In this document: positions 25,201 to 29,203 of the stretch, piece after piece | Position numbering within the stretch: position 1 is the stretch's first letter | Layout of the letters: each line of letters opens with the position of its first letter | DNA from: Candidatus Zixiibacteriota bacterium | GTDB lineage: Bacteria > Zixibacteria > MSB-5A5 > GN15 > JAAZOE01 | Length of the DNA stretch: 29,203 nt | Direction of reading: 5' to 3' | Assembly: GCA_012797915.1 (NCBI GenBank) | Contig: JAAZOE010000393.1 | Coordinates: 1-29,203 of the forward strand | Made by a program: the position numbers and the translations under genes | The notes under the pieces: generated by a model | The model's input: only the letters and a program-made list of their open reading frames with translations | The model's database searches: none | Told to the model about the DNA's origin: nothing

Positions 25201-27671
25201 GGCCGGGGATGGATGACGATTTCGGTATAGGCGCTGACGCCGCGCCCCCCCTGTTCGGTGACGGTGGCCGACAGCAGACCTTTCAGCGCCGATGGCGCGA
25301 TCAGGTTTTCCGGCAGTTGATGGGTGTAGGTGTATCCGCCGGTGTCGTCGAGCACTGCATCCGGCAAGTTGATATCCATCCGGGTAAATTTCACATCGGG
25401 GTTGATGAAGCGGTACTGCGACCATCCCTGGGGAGAGAATGTATGCGGTTCGATGGTCAGATGGCCGGAAACCTGATGCCCGGCGGCCGGGGGCCCGAAG
25501 AGGAACTTGGCCCCGACCTCGGCGGTCACCGTCTCTCCGGCGCAATAGGCGGTTTGGGGTGTGGAGAGGTCGACTTTAATCCGGTCGGGCATGAATTCTT
25601 CGGTCAGGAACGTGATTTGGCCGAGGCGGATATCTTCGCCGATGGTCGCCGTTACCAGGTATTTGCCGGTGGCGGCGAAATCGGGCACCGGCACATCCAC
25701 CGCGGCCATGGCGGAAGTCCCGGTGGTGAGCCGATAGCTGGAGAATTTGCGTCCCTGGTTGTCGAAGATAGTCAGGAAATATGGAAAATCGGGCGGCAGG
25801 GTCGCCGACACGCCGCGCACCAGCGAGACGATATGGACGGTGTCGCCGGGGCGGTAGACGCCGCGATCGGTGTAGAGGAAGGCTTCGTAGCCGGATGACA
25901 GGTACGATCTCCCGGCGACATCGAAGTCGCTGATCGGCAGGAGCGTTTCATCGAGCCGCAGGTACGACATATCGCCATCGCGGACGGCGACGATGACTAA
26001 CGGTTCGAACCCGGCCAGCTTGTCCTTGATGTTTTCGAAGATGGCCAGGCCGCGCGAATCGGTCTTCCCTTCCACCAGCGTTTGATTGTTTTTGCTCACC
26101 AGGGTGACGGCGACGCCGGACAACGGTTCGGCATCGGTCAGCGAGTTGGCCCAGACCATCAGGTAATCGCCGGACAACCGGGCCGACAGGCCGATGTCGG
26201 TGATCATGGCATAGCGGCTGTCGCCGATCCAGCGCTCATCCCGATTGCGGACCGAAACCTTGAAGATTCCCTGCGCGGTCGGCCCGACGATCCCCTTGAG
26301 GTCGATGGTCGTGGTCAGGCGCTCGTTGAGGCGCGAGTCCAGAGTTTTTTCCCGGATGAACAGCGACCGGCCGTAGGGACTGGAACCGGATTCCCATCCG
26401 CGGTACTCGCCGTACCCGGTGCTCAGAAAATAGACGAGGTTGTTGGCGAACACCTGTTCGACCTCGATGGCGATCTTCCCGACATTGGTGGTCTGGAACT
26501 CCATCAAGCCGTTGCCTTGTCGCGGCAGGAACATCGCCCGGGAGGAGAAAGCGACCGAGGGACGCAGGTCGGCGATTTTAACTTTTGTGGAGAAATCCTC
26601 CTCCAGCACGGCGCCGATGGTCGAGGGAAGCCCTTTGGCGATGGAGACGGTGTAACTTTCGCCCGGTTTGAAGCCGCCCCGCAGAATCATCCCGTCCCAG
26701 TATTCTTCCAGGGAGAAATCGGTCGGCGGATCGATCGAGATATATCCCTTCGCTTCGGATACGGCCACACCGCCGGAGATGGAAATGAGGATGGTTCCTT
26801 CCTCTTCATTTTCGTCGCTGTGCACGGAGCGAATTACCAGCCGTTCTTTCGGCTGGACGATGGCCGAGGTGGTTACCGGTTCGGCCAGCGGCAGACCGCA
26901 GTTCTGACAATCAAGTCCGGAGGAGATGGTCATGGTATAGGTTTGGGCGGAAGTCGTCCGGGGGAACGATTCGGTGAGCAGTTCGAACGTTGTGGTCCGG
27001 ACGGTCTTTGTCCCCAGGTCGGTCGAGGGTTGGACCGGCCGTTCCTGGCCGGCCGGCCAAACGGAGAAATAAAGGGATGATTTGACCGCGTCCTTGTCCC
27101 CCTTGATGGTTATGTTTTTCTGCAATTGCTCCGGGTCGACCGGATAATTGAACCGCAGGCGGCCGTTGAGACGGACCGACCCGACCGAGGCCGGGTCGAC
27201 ATCGTAGTACAAGCGCAGGTCGCTCAGTTTCAGAAGCGGAGTCTGGAACCGATAGACCTCCTGGTTGACGATCTTGTATCCGCAGGCCCAGGTTTTGTTC
27301 GATTCCACGCGGACGACGTACTTGGTGGCGGGAAGCAGTTCGGCGTCGGGGAAAAACCGCAGGACATCGGTGTCCACCCACCGGGCTTGCCCGTGGACCA
27401 TCGGCATGAACACCAGCGGCGGATCGAGGACCGGTCGGTCGAGGCTGTCCTTGGAGACCATATCCTTGGAAAAGGTGATGGTGAAGTTGGTTTTCAGGTC
27501 GACATTGCCGCTCGGCTCGAACGATTCGACCCGGATTTCATTGTACGGATAACTGGTCGACACGGTCGCGAGGATGGTCACCATCGCCGCGACGGCCGCC
27601 AGGCCAAGACCGATGAATCGATATGGATGCGACGCCAACTGCGCGCCAAAATGATGAAATTGTCCGGACAT
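22206..27671 (-). CDS. Bacterial alpha-2-macroglobulin (YfhM-like), thioester-containing
   Basis: FLYTDRGVYRPGDTV, EEFMPDR, AVALVDAGILQLT, LWSG, LPEFNGKLIIMAVA, YPYGCIEQTTS (CxEQ at 23550-23561), TTQDNAFALMAL, DIRDDR and ECMYNP. SD GGAGG precedes ATG 27671. Confidence 0.95.
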   Translation of the reverse strand: MSGQFHHFGAQLASHPYRFIGLGLAAVAAMVTILATVSTSYPYNEIRVESFEPSGNVDLKTNFTITFSKDMVSKDSLDRPVLDPPLVFMPMVHGQARWVDTDVLRFFPDAELLPATKYVVRVESNKTWACGYKIVNQEVYRFQTPLLKLSDLRLYYDVDPASVGSVRLNGRLRFNYPVDPEQLQKNITIKGDKDAVKSSLYFSVWPAGQERPVQPSTDLGTKTVRTTTFELLTESFPRTTSAQTYTMTISSGLDCQNCGLPLAEPVTTSAIVQPKERLVIRSVHSDENEEEGTILISISGGVAVSEAKGYISIDPPTDFSLEEYWDGMILRGGFKPGESYTVSIAKGLPSTIGAVLEEDFSTKVKIADLRPSVAFSSRAMFLPRQGNGLMEFQTTNVGKIAIEVEQVFANNLVYFLSTGYGEYRGWESGSSPYGRSLFIREKTLDSRLNERLTTTIDLKGIVGPTAQGIFKVSVRNRDERWIGDSRYAMITDIGLSARLSGDYLMVWANSLTDAEPLSGVAVTLVSKNNQTLVEGKTDSRGLAIFENIKDKLAGFEPLVIVAVRDGDMSYLRLDETLLPISDFDVAGRSYLSSGYEAFLYTDRGVYRPGDTVHIVSLVRGVSATLPPDFPYFLTIFDNQGRKFSSYRLTTGTSAMAAVDVPVPDFAATGKYLVTATIGEDIRLGQITFLTEEFMPDRIKVDLSTPQTAYCAGETVTAEVGAKFLFGPPAAGHQVSGHLTIEPHTFSPQGWSQYRFINPDVKFTRMDINLPDAVLDDTGGYTYTHQLPENLIAPSALKGLLSATVTEQGGRGVSAYTEIVIHPRPRYIGMKLDLEGYAKPGQTVSASLVAVGTDSKPVALSACNVGFYRVIYNTILKRDQTGVYRYVSERKTILIDSAVVPLGLDGGRVSFTPTDYGSYAIVAKDPEGGHSASDDFYVSGWGYAPWAMTSPDKIELELDKKTYDSGEKAVLQVRAPFGGKLLVTVEQTAVREVMTRDMKENTATLEIPIKRDYFPNAYITATIIRPAAELEPNMLARAFGIVPLRLSVEEKRLGMTVTAPGVIKPKSNVSVEISIPQAKSADVAVALVDAGILQLTDYATPDPMEFFYGKKQPALKPYDLYSFIYPRVAQSESHLGAGDKYLAAARQRHVNPVTAHRVKSTALWSGLLKTDAVGKATASFTLPEFNGKLIIMAVAAQNDRFGSSTTEMIVRDKIVIQESFPRFISPNDLFDGLVTLFNNTGAAADITVTLAAEGPVELISPATAHVRLDNNREGSVVFTMKAKPAPGKVAFTITAKAGDETAVASVDLANRPARPLTTLYGSGSASVGTPGQFTFPADWLPTTDQYSLKTSSLPAMSFARNVQYLLSYPYGCIEQTTSRVFPLLYYNDLVKVADPALFGGKGPEYFIQEGILRLAGMRLADGTFAFWPGGTSGDNWSTIYASHFLIEASRAGYTVDKDLLDDVRDHLNDLAQGKKARNLADAHRIYAAYALAKADKLSSRIVTYLKNLDPTGLESYSRYQLAGALALSGSLAEAAKLVPIEIQPDVIEPETGGNFSSGVRTNAILLDVLLDVDPNNTSIPALAKSLMDDSHAGRWYTTQDNAFALMALGRYFKGHASFGYTGTIAIDGDKSYAIDSTGFSLSRKDLGGRAVQVTVTSGEGTCFYYWQAGGVPIGGPAPEFDRGIRVRREYLDENGVPINLSAIKLGSQVVGVITAEAIGKSLSNVVINDLFPAGFEIENPRLKTTARLSWIPKQAGRIDFQDIRDDRLLLFASLNPGQPLKFYYSLRAVCAGQFTLPPVAAECMYNPLVAGSASSGVVTVVR

Positions 27672-27900
27672 GACTGCCTCCCTTGGAATGACATTCCCTG
27701 CAAACGCGCGCGGAATCCGGCTGCGGCCGTGTGAATGACTCGATGGATCCTTGTCGGCCGGTGAGAACACCGGCGCCGATTCCTCCTGTCCGCGATGATT
27801 CTCCAGTATAATCAGCCGACCGTCGGCCGACAAGAGGTTTCGCCAATGGGCCTTCTGACGGTACGGGGGAAGATTCTCTTCGTAACGACCGGAAAAAAAC

Positions 27901-27928
27901 TTGCGTCGTTGTTTCAATATCCGATAAT
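27901..27928 (+). promoter_or_regulatory. Putative promoter whose start site would coincide with ATG 27935
   Basis: TTGCGT-N16-GATAAT. The A of the ATG is 7 nt after the end of the -10, and there is no SD. Confidence 0.45.
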
Positions 27929-27934
27929 AGAGAC

Positions 27935-29197
27935 ATGTTTTGCCCGAAATTAACCGCCCTTAGGCGTTTGAGGGGCTGGATCGTACCGCTGATTATCATC
28001 GGCGCGAGTTTTTTGCCGGCCGATGCCGGTGCGACCGGCCTCAGCGGTCAGATCAGTTCCGAATGCTATATCATCGATGAAAACGACAGCATCCATGTGC
28101 GTCCTTTCGAGCGGTTGCGGGCCGACCTGCTGGCCTGGAAAGGGGTGGAGAAACAATCCCTGACCTTCCACACCTATTTGCGCTGGACCGGCGACTGGTC
28201 GAGTGATAAATTGACCGACCCGCAAACCTTCGTCTACGACGCCTATATTAAGCTGGCGGGTGTTCCGAGGGGAATGACCTTCCGGGCCGGACGGCAGTTT
28301 GCCTACAACGGCATCGGCAGCGCCCTGGTGGACGGACTGCGGGTTCAATTTCAGAGAAACCGGCGCATCCAGATCGACCTGTTCGGCGGCAGCACGGTGG
28401 CTGGCGATGATCCGGAAACGATTCAATCGCCGGGAGATTTTGCCGTCATCGGAGGACGGCTGTCGGGGCAACCATACCATCGGCTTCGCCTGGGGCTGAA
28501 TTGGTTTCTGCGCCGGGCGGATGGTTTCACGGCGGCGCACCGCGCCGGGGTGGATGCCGAAACCGATATCAACCGTTTCCATCTCTATGGGCGGTTCATA
28601 TATAATGTGGCCGGGCTCCGCGTCGGCGGTCTCCTGCTTCGGGGATCGTATGCTCGGCCCAAGTGGTACCTGTCGGGTGAATTCGACTGGCGGGAGCCGT
28701 CGGTTTCGGCCAATTCGATTTTCAGTCTGATCGACTTCCGCCGGTATCGGGAGCTTCGGTTCGAAGCCCAGCGGACCGTCTGGCGACGGCTGGCGGTCGT
28801 GGGGCAACTGCACGCGGGACTGTTCGAAAACGATGATTCCTGGCGAGCCGGGATTGGCGTCCGGACCGACAACGTCTCAGTCGTCTGGCGCCATAAGGAA
28901 GGATACGGCGGTGAAAACGACGGTCTCTATGGTTTCGCCAATGTCCGGTTGGCGCGGCAAAGGGATTGCTTCGCCACGGCCAACGCCGGGCGGTATCACG
29001 TACAGGAGGAGCAGACCGATAAGAACGACGCCTACTCCGGGAGCCTCGGTTTGCTGTGGCGTTCCGGACAAGGCTGGTCGGCGCGGGCGGAGGGGCAGTA
29101 TTTGCGGAACGCCGTCATGAAAAAGGACCTGCGTCTGCTGATTCGGGTCAGCAAGGATTTCTCCGTGGGTGAAACGATCGGGATAGGGATGTTATGA
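27935..29197 (+). CDS. Hypothetical exported protein, probable outer-membrane beta-barrel
   Basis: Signal-peptide-like N-terminus and many alternating Gly/aromatic amphipathic strands (FRAGRQFAY, VDGLRVQF, IDLFGG, LRLLIRVSKDF). The stop overlaps an ATG (ATGA 29194-29197), suggesting a coupled downstream gene. Confidence 0.7.
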   Translation: MFCPKLTALRRLRGWIVPLIIIGASFLPADAGATGLSGQISSECYIIDENDSIHVRPFERLRADLLAWKGVEKQSLTFHTYLRWTGDWSSDKLTDPQTFVYDAYIKLAGVPRGMTFRAGRQFAYNGIGSALVDGLRVQFQRNRRIQIDLFGGSTVAGDDPETIQSPGDFAVIGGRLSGQPYHRLRLGLNWFLRRADGFTAAHRAGVDAETDINRFHLYGRFIYNVAGLRVGGLLLRGSYARPKWYLSGEFDWREPSVSANSIFSLIDFRRYRELRFEAQRTVWRRLAVVGQLHAGLFENDDSWRAGIGVRTDNVSVVWRHKEGYGGENDGLYGFANVRLARQRDCFATANAGRYHVQEEQTDKNDAYSGSLGLLWRSGQGWSARAEGQYLRNAVMKKDLRLLIRVSKDFSVGETIGIGML

Positions 29198-29203
29198 GGC
29201 GGA

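Noticed and set aside
1-29203. CRISPR arrays, tRNA/rRNA genes, transposases, integrases, DGR template/variable repeats
   Set aside because: I found no regularly spaced repeats, T-loop/CCA cloverleafs, transposase or RT motifs, or adenine-specific repeat pairs by eye. The two TPR copies differ at all base types.

Overview
This is a high-GC bacterial chromosomal window. The 'CC..GD.N.DG.V.V.D..YL..YIF.GGP.P.C' dockerin-like tail suggests candidate phylum Zixibacteria or a relative (inference). From left to right it holds: a truncated signal peptidase I gene; a lower-GC two-gene insert (unknown secreted protein, plus a transglutaminase-like/dockerin protein broken by two frameshifts); a ~215-nt highly structured leader in front of a small secreted six-cysteine peptide; a UbiA prenyltransferase; a CBM9/DUF5916 protein; a YedF/DsrE-like protein; an M16 zinc protease; TspO; a B12-binding radical SAM enzyme; two secreted hydrolases sharing a near-identical TPR tail (one interrupted by an in-frame TAG); purL (with a fused tandem PurS-like N-terminus) and purQ; an alpha-2-macroglobulin/pbpC operon; and a probable outer-membrane beta-barrel. 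I saw no CRISPR array, tRNA, rRNA or transposase. The most novel-looking parts are the 0.8-3.9 kb accessory segment (frameshifted TGase-dockerin, switch-like RNA leader, disulfide-rich micro-protein) and the amber-interrupted hydrolase. All calls were made by eye without database searches.
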